Positions 23,474 through 31,064 of a DNA stretch of 31,064 nt are shown piece after piece. Both the position numbers and the translations under genes were made by a program. Each line of letters starts with the position of its first letter. Within the stretch, counting starts at the first letter, position 1. The DNA is from a virus (lineage: Duplodnaviria; Heunggongvirae; Uroviricota; Caudoviricetes). The notes beneath the pieces were generated by a model. It did not search any database. It saw nothing but the letters and a program-made list of their open reading frames with translations, and was not told the origin of the DNA. The stretch is from the IMG/VR virus record IMGVR_UViG_2737471828_000009, positions 1 through 31,064 of that record. One strand, 5' to 3'.

Positions 23474-24956
23474 TCTTTCACACATTATTGCAGCAGCATT
23501 CAATGAACCGCTGCTTCTGGAGCCCGCCTATGCGCGGGTTTTCTTTTGCGCGCTCGGGCGCGAGATGGGGGCAGCAAGTCTTTCGGTACCACAACAACAG
23601 GTACAGTTTGATGCTCCCGGAATGCTGGCTGAAACGGACGAGTATATGGCCGGAGGTAAACGACCGGCCCGTGTTTACCGGGTGGTGAACGGTATTGCTG
23701 TACTGCCGGTGACCGGCACGCTGGTGCACCGGCTGGGTGGTATGCGGCCATTTTCCGGAATGACAGGCTATGACGGCATTGTCGTCTGTCTTCAGCAGGC
23801 AATGGCGGATAGCCAGGTGCGGGGCGTACTGCTGGACATTGACAGTCCGGGCGGGCAGGCCGCCGGCGCGTTTGACTGCGCTGACATGATTTACCGCCTC
23901 CGTCAGCAGAAGCCGGTCTGGGCACTGTGCAATGACACGGCCTGTTCTGCAGCCATGCTGCTGGCGTCGGCCTGCTCCCGACGGCTGGTTACCCAGACAT
24001 CCCGTATCGGCTCCATTGGCGTGATGATGAGCCATGTCAGCTATGCCGGTCATCTGGCGCAGGCCGGTGTGGATATCACGCTGATTTACTCAGGGGCGCA
24101 CAAGGTGGATGGCAATCAGTTTGAAGCGTTGCCGGCAGAGGTTCGCCAGGACATGCAGCAGCGGATTGATGCGGCGCGCCGGATGTTTGCCGAAAAAGTG
24201 GCGATGTTTACCGGTCTGTCTGTTGATGCCGTCACGGGAACAGAGGCCGCCGTTTTTGAAGGTCAGTCCGGCATTGAAGCCGGGCTGGCGGATGAATTAA
24301 TCAATGCGTCGGATGCCATCAGTGTGATGGCCACGGCGCTGAACAGTAATGTCAGAGGAGGCACTATGCCGCAATTAACTGCAACGGAAGCCGCCGCGCA
24401 GGAGAACCAGCGAGTGATGGGGATCCTGACATGCCAGGAAGCGAAAGGACGTGAACAGCTTGCCACGATGCTGGCAGGACAACAGGGTATGAGCGTTGAA
24501 CAGGCCCGGGCGATTCTGGCCGCGGCGGCACCGCAGCAGCCGGTGGCATCCACGCAGAGTGAAGCCGATCGCATTATGGCGTGTGAAGAAGCGAACGGTC
24601 GTGAACAACTGGCGGCGATGCCGGAGATGACGGTGGAAAAAGCCCGCCCGATCCTGGCTGCTTCACCGCAGGCGGATGCCGGACCATCACTCCGTGATCA
24701 GATCATGGCACTGGATGAGGCAAAAGGGGCTGAGGCGCAGGCTGAACAGCTGGCTGCCTGCCCGGGCATGACTGTGGAGAGCGCCCGGGCTGTGCTGGCG
24801 GCGGGAGCAGGTAAGGCAGAACCGGTCTCTGCATCCACAACCGCCATGTTTGAACATTTCATGGCGAACCATTCACCGGCAGCGGTACAGGGTGGCGTGC
24901 CACAGACGTCAGCAGACGGTGATGCGGACGTGAAAATGCTCATGGCCATGCCATGA
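23463..24956 (+). CDS. C: Prohead protease/scaffold C (ClpP-like S49 protease domain plus Nu3-like C-terminal scaffold)
   Basis: Similar to lambda gpC as recalled (NEPLLLEPAYARVFFCALG ... GIAVLPVTGTLV ... RTGSIGVMMSH ... ITLIYSGAHKVDGN); GTG start overlaps the portal stop. Confidence 0.9.
   Translation: MRRNLSHIIAAAFNEPLLLEPAYARVFFCALGREMGAASLSVPQQQVQFDAPGMLAETDEYMAGGKRPARVYRVVNGIAVLPVTGTLVHRLGGMRPFSGMTGYDGIVVCLQQAMADSQVRGVLLDIDSPGGQAAGAFDCADMIYRLRQQKPVWALCNDTACSAAMLLASACSRRLVTQTSRIGSIGVMMSHVSYAGHLAQAGVDITLIYSGAHKVDGNQFEALPAEVRQDMQQRIDAARRMFAEKVAMFTGLSVDAVTGTEAAVFEGQSGIEAGLADELINASDAISVMATALNSNVRGGTMPQLTATEAAAQENQRVMGILTCQEAKGREQLATMLAGQQGMSVEQARAILAAAAPQQPVASTQSEADRIMACEEANGREQLAAMPEMTVEKARPILAASPQADAGPSLRDQIMALDEAKGAEAQAEQLAACPGMTVESARAVLAAGAGKAEPVSASTTAMFEHFMANHSPAAVQGGVPQTSADGDADVKMLMAMP
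24366..24956 (+). CDS. Nu3: Nu3-like scaffolding protein, nested in-frame within C
   Basis: Internal ATG at 24366 in the C frame preceded by a strong AGGAGG; arrangement analogous to lambda C/Nu3. Confidence 0.5.
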   Translation: MPQLTATEAAAQENQRVMGILTCQEAKGREQLATMLAGQQGMSVEQARAILAAAAPQQPVASTQSEADRIMACEEANGREQLAAMPEMTVEKARPILAASPQADAGPSLRDQIMALDEAKGAEAQAEQLAACPGMTVESARAVLAAGAGKAEPVSASTTAMFEHFMANHSPAAVQGGVPQTSADGDADVKMLMAMP

Positions 24957-24992
24957 AGTCAGTGCTGACTATCAATAGGAGGTTTTTACAAT

Positions 24993-25340
24993 ATGGTAAC
25001 GAAAACCATCACTGAACAGCGTGCGGAAGTACGTATTTTTGCCGGTAATGATCCGGCTCATACCGCCACAGGCAGCAGCGGGATTTCCTCGGCAACACCG
25101 GCACTGACACCCCTGATGCTGGATGAGGCCACCGGGAAACTGGTGGTCTGGGACGGACAGAAAGCCGGTAGTGCGGTTGGCATACTGGTACTGCCGCTTG
25201 AAGGCACAGAGACGGCGCTGACGTATTACAAGTCGGGGACCTTTGCGACGGAGGCAATCCGCTGGCCTGAAAGTGTGGATGAACACAAAAAGGCCAACGC
25301 CTTTGCCGGCAGTGCCCTGAGTCACGCGGCGCTGCCGTAA
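24993..25340 (+). CDS. D: Head decoration protein D
   Basis: 115 aa; similar to lambda gpD as recalled (DPAHTATG ... TPLMLD ... KLVVWDG ... AVGIL ... YKSGTF). Confidence 0.9.
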   Translation: MVTKTITEQRAEVRIFAGNDPAHTATGSSGISSATPALTPLMLDEATGKLVVWDGQKAGSAVGILVLPLEGTETALTYYKSGTFATEAIRWPESVDEHKKANAFAGSALSHAALP

Positions 25341-25397
25341 CACGTTATCAGGCCACCGCGGTGGCCTGACTGATTTCTGAATGAAAGGAACTGATTT

Positions 25398-26426
25398 ATG
25401 GGATTGTTTACGACCCGCCAGTTACTCGGTTATACCGAACAAAAAGTGAAATTTCGTGCGCTGTTTCTGGAGCTGTTTTTCCGCCGTACGGTGAATTTCC
25501 ATACAGAAGAGGTGATGCTGGACAAAATTACCGGAAAAACGCCGGTGGCGGCCTATGTCTCCCCGGTTGTTGAAGGAAAAGTGCTGCGTCATCGTGGTGG
25601 TGAAACCCGCGTGTTGCGTCCGGGCTACGTCAAGCCGAAACACGAATTTAATTACCAGCAGGCGGTTGAGCGCCTTCCTGGTGAAGATCCGGCTCAACTG
25701 AACGATCCGGCTTACCGCCGTCTGCGTATCATTACCGATAACCTCAAACAGGAAGAGCACGCGATTGTCCAGGTGGAAGAAATGCAGGCGGTAAATGCTG
25801 TGCTGTATGGTAAATACACCATGGAAGGGGAGCAGTTTGATACTGTCGAGGTGGATTTCGGACGCTCTGAAGGAAATAACATTGAGCAGGCCGACGGTAA
25901 AAAATGGTCTGAGCAGGACCGTGATACGTTTGATCCGACGCATGATATTGACCTCTACTGCGATCAGGCCAGCGGTCTTGTGAATATTGCCATCATGGAC
26001 GGTACCGTCTGGCGTCTGCTGAATGGTTTTAAGCTGTTCCGCGAAAAACTGGATACCCGTCGCGGCTCAAATTCACACCTCGAAACGGCAGTGAAAGATC
26101 TGGGTGCGGTAGTGTCCTTTAAAGGGTATTACGGCGATCTGGCCATTGTGGTGGCGAAAACGTCTTATGTGGCAGAGGACGGTACCGAAAAACGCTATCT
26201 GCCGGATGGGACACTGGTACTGGGAAATACGGCGGCAGAAGGTATTCGTTGCTACGGTGCCATTCAGGATGCACAGGCATTGTCTGAAGGTGTGGTGGCC
26301 TCTTCCCGTTACCCGAAACACTGGCTGACAGTGGGTGACCCGGCCCGTGAATTCACCATGACGCAGTCCGCGCCGTTGATGGTGCTGCCGGATCCGGATG
26401 AGTTTGTGGTGGTGCAGGTGAAATAA
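25398..26426 (+). CDS. E: Major capsid protein E
   Basis: 342 aa; strong similarity to lambda gpE as recalled (PGYVKPKHE ... AIVQVEEMQAVNAVLYGKYTMEGE ... DTRRGSNS ... TAVKDLG ... IQDAQA ... TVGDPAREFTMTQSAPLMVLPDPDEFV). Confidence 0.95.
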   Translation: MGLFTTRQLLGYTEQKVKFRALFLELFFRRTVNFHTEEVMLDKITGKTPVAAYVSPVVEGKVLRHRGGETRVLRPGYVKPKHEFNYQQAVERLPGEDPAQLNDPAYRRLRIITDNLKQEEHAIVQVEEMQAVNAVLYGKYTMEGEQFDTVEVDFGRSEGNNIEQADGKKWSEQDRDTFDPTHDIDLYCDQASGLVNIAIMDGTVWRLLNGFKLFREKLDTRRGSNSHLETAVKDLGAVVSFKGYYGDLAIVVAKTSYVAEDGTEKRYLPDGTLVLGNTAAEGIRCYGAIQDAQALSEGVVASSRYPKHWLTVGDPAREFTMTQSAPLMVLPDPDEFVVVQVK

Positions 26427-26434
26427 TCCGTGAG

Positions 26435-26462
26435 CGGGGGCGAAATGTCCCCGTGTCTTTTT
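26435..26462 (+). terminator. Candidate partial intrinsic terminator after the capsid gene
   Basis: GC-rich stem CGGGGG / CCCCG with 7-nt loop followed by TGTCTTTTT. Confidence 0.35.
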
Positions 26463-26477
26463 GCACAGGAGGCTGAG

Positions 26478-26861
26478 ATGGCAACAAAAGAAGAAAATCT
26501 GAATCGTCTTCATGAACTGGCTGGCCTGCTGGGGCGCGAGGCGGATATGTCGGGGAGTGCTGCGGATATTGCTCTACGTGTGTCTGAGTGGGAAGAGGAA
26601 CTTGCTGCTTCCCGGGAGAGCATTATGCACGCTGATGAGAGCGTATCTGAGCAAAATTACACTGACGACGGCAGGCAGTTGAACAACACTGATATTCCGG
26701 ATGATGTTAAAGCTGTCCGGGTGCGCAAGTGCCTGCATGTGATGGGATATTGCCCGGAGACAGGCCGTCCCGTTGAGCTGACGTTCCGGGGTATGCGTGT
26801 TCTGGTGCCATCATCACTGGCGACAGCCATGATACAGCACGGAACGGCTGAGTATGCGTGA
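26478..26861 (+). CDS. FI: DNA packaging protein FI
   Basis: ATG 26478 preceded by AGGAGG; N-terminal similarity to lambda FI as recalled (...L..LAG.LGRE...SGSAADIALRVSEWEEEL); gene order E-FI-FII conserved. Confidence 0.7.
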   Translation: MATKEENLNRLHELAGLLGREADMSGSAADIALRVSEWEEELAASRESIMHADESVSEQNYTDDGRQLNNTDIPDDVKAVRVRKCLHVMGYCPETGRPVELTFRGMRVLVPSSLATAMIQHGTAEYA

Positions 26862-27207
26862 TTTTCAGAATGTCTTTGATGCTGCCCTTTCCGGGGTGGA
26901 CAGTACGATTGTTGAAGTGATGGGCATCAGGGCGCAGTTCACCTCCGGTGCACAGCGTGGCGGCGAGGTTCATGGCGTTTTTGACGATCCGGAGTCGCTG
27001 GGTTTTGCCAGTAATGGGATCCGTATTGAGGGAAGCAACCCGTCATTATTTGTGCTGACGGATACGGTTCGTGCTGTGCGGCGTGGTGACACGCTGACCA
27101 TTAACGGTGAGGTGTTCTGGGTGGATCGTGTTTCTCCGGATGACGGGGGCAGTTGTTATCTCTGGCTCAACCGGGGGCAACCACCTGCTGCCAGCCGTCG
27201 TCGCTGA
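26854..27207 (+). CDS. FII: Head-tail joining protein FII
   Basis: 117 aa, very similar to lambda FII as recalled (GVFDDPE ... SLFVLTDTVRAVRRGDTLTI ... FWVDRVSPDDGGSC). Confidence 0.9.
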   Translation: MRDFQNVFDAALSGVDSTIVEVMGIRAQFTSGAQRGGEVHGVFDDPESLGFASNGIRIEGSNPSLFVLTDTVRAVRRGDTLTINGEVFWVDRVSPDDGGSCYLWLNRGQPPAASRRR

Positions 27208-27218
27208 AAGGGGGATGT

Positions 27219-27794
27219 ATGGCCATAAAAGGTCTTGAGCAGGCCGTTGAAAACCTCAGCCGTATCAGTAAAACGGCGGTATCCGGTGCTGCCGCAATGG
27301 CCATTAACCGCGTGGCCACAACGGCGATTAATCAGTCTTCGTCTCAGGTCGCCCGTGAAACCAGGGTGCCGAGAAAACTGGTTAAAGAGAGAGCCAGACT
27401 GAAACGGGCGACGGTCAGAAATCCAAATGCAAAAATTATCGTTAACCGCGGTGATCTCCCTGTTATTAAGCTGGGGATCAGGATGCTTGGTCATCGCCCG
27501 AACAGCATACTCAAAGCCGGTCAGCATCGTTATCAGCGGGCATTCATCCAGCGACTGAATAATGGGCGCTGGCATGTTATGCAACGTCTGCCAGAAGCCA
27601 GGTATGCGAAGGGCAATGACGATAAGGGAAGGAAAAAGCGTAATCGTCTTCCCATTCAGGTGGTGAAAATTCCGATGGCGGCCCCACTGAAACAGGCTTT
27701 TGATGAGAACGTTAACCGTATCCGACGCGAACGTCTGCCAAAAGAACTGAGCTATGCGCTGAAACAACAACTGAGGATAGTAATAAAGCGATGA
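27219..27794 (+). CDS. Z: Minor tail protein Z
   Basis: Start refined to ATG 27219 (MAIKGLEQAVENLSRISKTAV...), near-identical to the lambda gpZ N-terminus as recalled. Confidence 0.9.
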   Translation: MAIKGLEQAVENLSRISKTAVSGAAAMAINRVATTAINQSSSQVARETRVPRKLVKERARLKRATVRNPNAKIIVNRGDLPVIKLGIRMLGHRPNSILKAGQHRYQRAFIQRLNNGRWHVMQRLPEARYAKGNDDKGRKKRNRLPIQVVKIPMAAPLKQAFDENVNRIRRERLPKELSYALKQQLRIVIKR

Positions 27795-28186
27795 AACATA
27801 CTGAACTCCGTGCAGCCGTACTGGATGCACTGGAAAAACATGACACCGGGGCGACGCTTTTTGATGGTCGCCCCGCTGTTTTTGATGAGGCGGATTTTCC
27901 GGCAGTTGCCGTTTATCTCACCGGCGCTGAATACACGGGCGAAGAGCTGGACAGCGATACCTGGCAGGCTGAGCTGCATATCGAAGTTTTCCTGCCTGCT
28001 CAGGTGCCGGATTCAGAGCTGGATTCGTGGATGGAGTCCCGGATTTATCCGGTGATGAGCGATATCCCGGCACTGTCAGATTTGATCACCAGTATGGTGG
28101 CCAGTGGCTATGACTACCGGCGCGACGATGATGCTGGCCTGTGGAGTTCAGCCGATCTGACTTATGTCATTACCTATGAAATGTGA
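27791..28186 (+). CDS. U: Tail terminator protein U
   Basis: 131 aa, essentially identical to lambda gpU as recalled ([22 protein letters not shown]...). Confidence 0.9.
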   Translation: MKHTELRAAVLDALEKHDTGATLFDGRPAVFDEADFPAVAVYLTGAEYTGEELDSDTWQAELHIEVFLPAQVPDSELDSWMESRIYPVMSDIPALSDLITSMVASGYDYRRDDDAGLWSSADLTYVITYEM

Positions 28187-28193
28187 GGACGAT

Positions 28194-28943
28194 ATGCCTG
28201 TACCAAATCCAGTAATGCCGGTGAAAGGGGCCGGGACCACACTGTGGGTTTATAAGGGGAACGGTGACCCTTATGCAAACCCGCTGTCAGATGATGAGTG
28301 GACGCGTCTGGCAAAAATAAAGGATCTGACCCCCGGCGAGATGACGGCGGAATCCTACGACGATAACTATCTGGATGATGAGGATGCTGACTGGGTATCC
28401 ACCGGGCAGGGGCAGAAATCCGCCGGTGACACCAGTTTTACGCTGGCCTGGAAGCCCGGCGAGAAAGGGCAGCGCGATTTGATCGCCTGGTTTGACAGCA
28501 GTGAGACCCTGGCCTACAAAATCCGTTTCCCGAATGGCACGGTGGATGTGTTCCGTGGCTGGGTGAGCGCCATTGGTAAAGCGGTGACCGCCAAAGAGGT
28601 GATCACCCGTACCGTGAAGATCACCAATATCGGTCGTCCGTCGCTGGCGGAAGATCAGGGGGACATCACACCGGTCACCGGTATTACCGTGACGCCACCA
28701 ACGGGCAATGTGGCAAAAGGTCAGAATATCACCCTGACCGTGGCTGTTCAGCCGGAATGGGCGACGGATAAAACCTTCCGCGCCACGTCGGCGAATCAGA
28801 ATTTTGCGACCATTACCGTGAAAGGGAACACGATCACCGTGAAAGGTGTTGCGGCAGGTAAAGCGCAGATCCCTGTTGTCACCAGCAATGGTGAGTTTGC
28901 GGCGGTGGCGGAGATCACCGTCACGGATGGCGCTGCAGGCTGA
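28194..28943 (+). CDS. V: Major tail protein V (with C-terminal Ig-like domain)
   Basis: Start refined to the ATG at about 28194 ([22 protein letters not shown]...), matching lambda gpV; C-terminal Ig-like region as in lambda. Confidence 0.9.
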   Translation: MPVPNPVMPVKGAGTTLWVYKGNGDPYANPLSDDEWTRLAKIKDLTPGEMTAESYDDNYLDDEDADWVSTGQGQKSAGDTSFTLAWKPGEKGQRDLIAWFDSSETLAYKIRFPNGTVDVFRGWVSAIGKAVTAKEVITRTVKITNIGRPSLAEDQGDITPVTGITVTPPTGNVAKGQNITLTVAVQPEWATDKTFRATSANQNFATITVKGNTITVKGVAAGKAQIPVVTSNGEFAAVAEITVTDGAAG

Positions 28944-28958
28944 GGGGGGAGATAAAGC

Positions 28959-29387
28959 ATGTTTCTGAAAACAGAACAATTTGAATATAACGGCGTGTCC
29001 GTCACCCTTTCCGAACTGTCTGCGCTGCAGCGTATTGAGCATCTTGCCCTCCTGAAACGGCGGGCAGAAGAGGCTGAAGCCAGCGGCAACCTGCAGGTGA
29101 GCGTGGAAGACCTTGTCAGAACCGGGGCGTTTCTGGTGGCGATGTCCCTGTGGCATAACCATCCACAGAAAACGCAGTCACCGTCAATGAATGAGGCCGT
29201 GATGAAGATAGAGCAGGAAGTGCTCACCACCTGGCCTGCTGATGCCATTGCCCGGGCGGAAGAAGTGGTGTTGTGCCTGTCCGGGATGATCGAAGCTGTT
29301 CGTCCGGATACTGATATCACCGAAGTGGCGAAAAATAACGTGCTGACTGATGATTTTTCTGCGGGAAAGTCTTCGACGGCGAGCTGA
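28959..29387 (+). CDS. G: Tail assembly chaperone G
   Basis: 142 aa, highly similar to lambda gpG as recalled (MFLKTEQFEYNGVSVTLSELSALQRIEHLAL...); ends ...SAGKSSTAS with the conserved slippery site near its 3' end. Confidence 0.9.
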   Translation: MFLKTEQFEYNGVSVTLSELSALQRIEHLALLKRRAEEAEASGNLQVSVEDLVRTGAFLVAMSLWHNHPQKTQSPSMNEAVMKIEQEVLTTWPADAIARAEEVVLCLSGMIEAVRPDTDITEVAKNNVLTDDFSAGKSSTAS

Positions 29388-29827
29388 ATTTTGCCCTCAG
29401 ACTGGCGCGTGAGATGGGGAGACCCGACTGGCGCGCCATGCTTGCCGGGATGACATCCACCGAATATGCCGACTGGCACCGTTTTTACCGCACGCATTAT
29501 TTTCAGGATACCCAACTGGATATGCATTTTTCCGGGCTGACGTACGCCGTACTCAGCCTGTTTTTTTGCGATCCGGATATGCATCCGGCGGATTTCAGTC
29601 TGCTGGCTCCCCGGCGAGAGGAAGAGCAGACGGAGATGCCGGATGAGGAAGACATGCTGATGCAGAAAGCGGCAGGACTTGCCGGAGGCGTCCGGTTCTG
29701 TGGGGTGGGAGGGGGCGATATTTCACCTTCTGCGGATGTGGTGGATGTCAGCGAAGATGATGTTGAATTAATGATGGCTTCAGCGGGGATTTCCGGAGGT
29801 GTGAGATATGTCCCAGCCGGTTGGTGA
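29369..29827 (+). CDS. T: T portion of the G-T tail assembly fusion protein (expressed by -1 programmed frameshift from G)
   Basis: Slippery heptamer G GGA AAG at 29363..29369 in the G frame; -1 frame continues GKVFDGELNFALRLAREMGRPDWRAMLAGM..., matching the lambda G-T junction as recalled; ORF-track segment 29414..29827 is the downstream part. Confidence 0.7.
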   Translation, partial: VFDGELNFALRLAREMGRPDWRAMLAGMTSTEYADWHRFYRTHYFQDTQLDMHFSGLTYAVLSLFFCDPDMHPADFSLLAPRREEEQTEMPDEEDMLMQKAAGLAGGVRFCGVGGGDISPSADVVDVSEDDVELMMASAGISGGVRYVPAGW

Positions 29828-31064
29828 TCTTGTTATTGACCTGAGTCTGGATGCGGTCCGCTTCGATGAGCAGATGACCCGCGTAAGGCGTCATTTTTCA
29901 GGACTGGAGGCTGACGCCAGAAAAACCGCCAGTGCTGTTGAGCAGGGGCTGAGCCGCCAGGCGCTGGCTGCACAAAAAGCCGGGATTTCCGTCGGGCAGT
30001 ATAAAGCCGCCATGCGTACCCTTCCCGCACAGTTTACGGATATCGCTACCCAGCTTGCCGGTGGTCAGAATCCCTGGCTCATCCTGCTGCAACAGGGAGG
30101 TCAGGTGAAGGACTCCTTCGGCGGGATGATCCCCATGTTCCGGGGGCTTGCCAGTGCGATCAGCATGCCGATGGTCGGTGTCACCTCGCTGGCGGTGGCG
30201 ACCGGTGCGCTGGCGTACGCCTGGTACCAGGGGGATTCCACGCTTTCTGCGTTTAATAAAACCCTGGTTCTTTCCGGTAATCAGTCAGGACTGACGGCAG
30301 AGCGCATGCTGACGCTCTCCAGAGCCGGGCAGGCGGCAGGGCTGACGTTTAACCAGGCGGGTGAGTCACTGGCAGCCCTGGTCAGTGCCGGTGTGCGTGG
30401 TGGTGAACAGTTTGATGCCATTAACCAGAGTGTCGCGCGTTTTGCGTCTGCCTCCGGTGTTGAAGTGGACAAGGTTGCAGAGGCTTTCGGAAAACTGACC
30501 ACCGACCCGACGTCGGGGCTGATTGCGATGGCACGCCAGTTCCGTAACGTGACGGCGGAGCAGATTGCGTATGTTGCTCAGTTGCAGCGTTCCGGCGATG
30601 AGGCCGGGGCATTGCAGGCGGCGAACGAGGCCGCAACGAAAGGGTTTGATGACCAGACCCGCCGCCTGAAAGAGAACATGGGCACGCTGGAGACCTGGGC
30701 AGACAGGACAGCACGGGCATTCAAATCCATGTGGGATTCGGTGCTGGATATTGGTCGCCCGGACACTGCCCGGGAAATGCTGGAGAAAGCAGAAAAGGCT
30801 TTTGATGAGGCGGACAAAAAATGGCAGTGGTATCAGAGCCGGAGCCACCGGCGCGGTAAAACATCCGCATTTCTTGCCAATCTCCGGGGAGCATGGGAGG
30901 ACAGAGCGAATGCGCAACTTGGGCTTTCAGCCGCCACGTTGCAGGCCGATCTTGAAAAGGCCAGAGAGATGGCAGCAAAGGACTGGGCCGAGTCTGAGGC
31001 ATCACGGCTGAAATATACCGAAGAGGCGCAGAAGGCTTATGAACGCCTGCAGACGCCGCTGGAG
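29808..31064 (+). CDS. H: Tail tape measure protein H (5' portion, runs off window end)
   Basis: ATG at about 29808 gives MSQPVGDLVIDLSLDAVRFDEQMTRVRRHF..., closely matching lambda gpH as recalled; frame stays open to the last base (...ERLQTPLE); not in the ORF track because it has no in-window stop. Confidence 0.85.
   Translation, partial: MSQPVGDLVIDLSLDAVRFDEQMTRVRRHFSGLEADARKTASAVEQGLSRQALAAQKAGISVGQYKAAMRTLPAQFTDIATQLAGGQNPWLILLQQGGQVKDSFGGMIPMFRGLASAISMPMVGVTSLAVATGALAYAWYQGDSTLSAFNKTLVLSGNQSGLTAERMLTLSRAGQAAGLTFNQAGESLAALVSAGVRGGEQFDAINQSVARFASASGVEVDKVAEAFGKLTTDPTSGLIAMARQFRNVTAEQIAYVAQLQRSGDEAGALQAANEAATKGFDDQTRRLKENMGTLETWADRTARAFKSMWDSVLDIGRPDTAREMLEKAEKAFDEADKKWQWYQSRSHRRGKTSAFLANLRGAWEDRANAQLGLSAATLQADLEKAREMAAKDWAESEASRLKYTEEAQKAYERLQTPLE

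Noticed and set aside
23478-24053. 191-aa and 141-aa minus-strand ORFs antisense to the protease/scaffold gene
   Set aside because: Shadow ORFs within the well-supported C gene; no start context and no family resemblance.
28287-29584. Long minus-strand ORFs (291 aa and 262 aa) antisense to V, G and T
   Set aside because: Overlap the lambda-like tail genes on the opposite strand; Arg/His/Gly-rich antisense artefacts.
30366-31005. Several minus-strand ORFs (183, 99, 79, 94 aa) and a plus-strand 86-aa ORF at the window end
   Set aside because: All overlap the tape measure H reading frame, which matches lambda gpH and stays open to the last base; they are alternative-frame artefacts.
1-31064. 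CRISPR arrays, insertion sequences or transposase genes
   Set aside because: No regularly spaced direct repeats or transposase-like ORFs found; the only tandem repeats are the initiator iterons and the in-frame scaffold repeats.

Overview
This window reads as one contiguous lambdoid (lambda-like) temperate phage or prophage segment of an enterobacterial host. All family assignments below come from reading the six-frame translations and recalling lambda, phage 21 and E. coli K-12 cryptic-prophage proteins; nothing was database-verified. Order left to right: (i) a leftward early operon on the minus strand (PrtN/Xis-like, DnaQ-like exonuclease, two DUF551 proteins, Ead/Ea22-like, HD-domain hydrolase, several small unknowns); (ii) immunity region with a LexA-like S24-peptidase CI repressor, 17-bp dyad operators, divergent promoters and a Cro-like gene; (iii) replication and nin-like region (CII-like, iteron-containing initiator, Dam-family methyltransferase, a LexA DNA-binding-domain-only protein, RusA, a LexA box upstream of a KilA-N protein, DUF968, QuuD-like Q antiterminator); (iv) a cargo island between Q and the lysis genes carrying an AT-rich counter-oriented two-gene cassette (about 310-aa soluble protein plus about 150-aa four-helix membrane protein) and a second orphan DNA methyltransferase with a small HTH gene; (v) a phage-21-type lysis cassette (pinholin, SAR endolysin, Rz with embedded Rz1); (vi) cosN and a lambda-like head and tail morphogenesis block (Nu1, A, W, B, C/Nu3, D, E, FI, FII, Z, U, V, G, G-T frameshift, 5' part of tape measure H). 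The most interesting candidates are the two-gene cassette at 13111..14510, which has a RexA/RexB-like architecture and may be an abortive-infection or exclusion module, and the truncated LexA-like protein next to a canonical SOS box. No tRNA, rRNA, CRISPR array or transposase was seen. Hand-derived coordinates (refined starts, hairpins, operators) may be off by a base or two.
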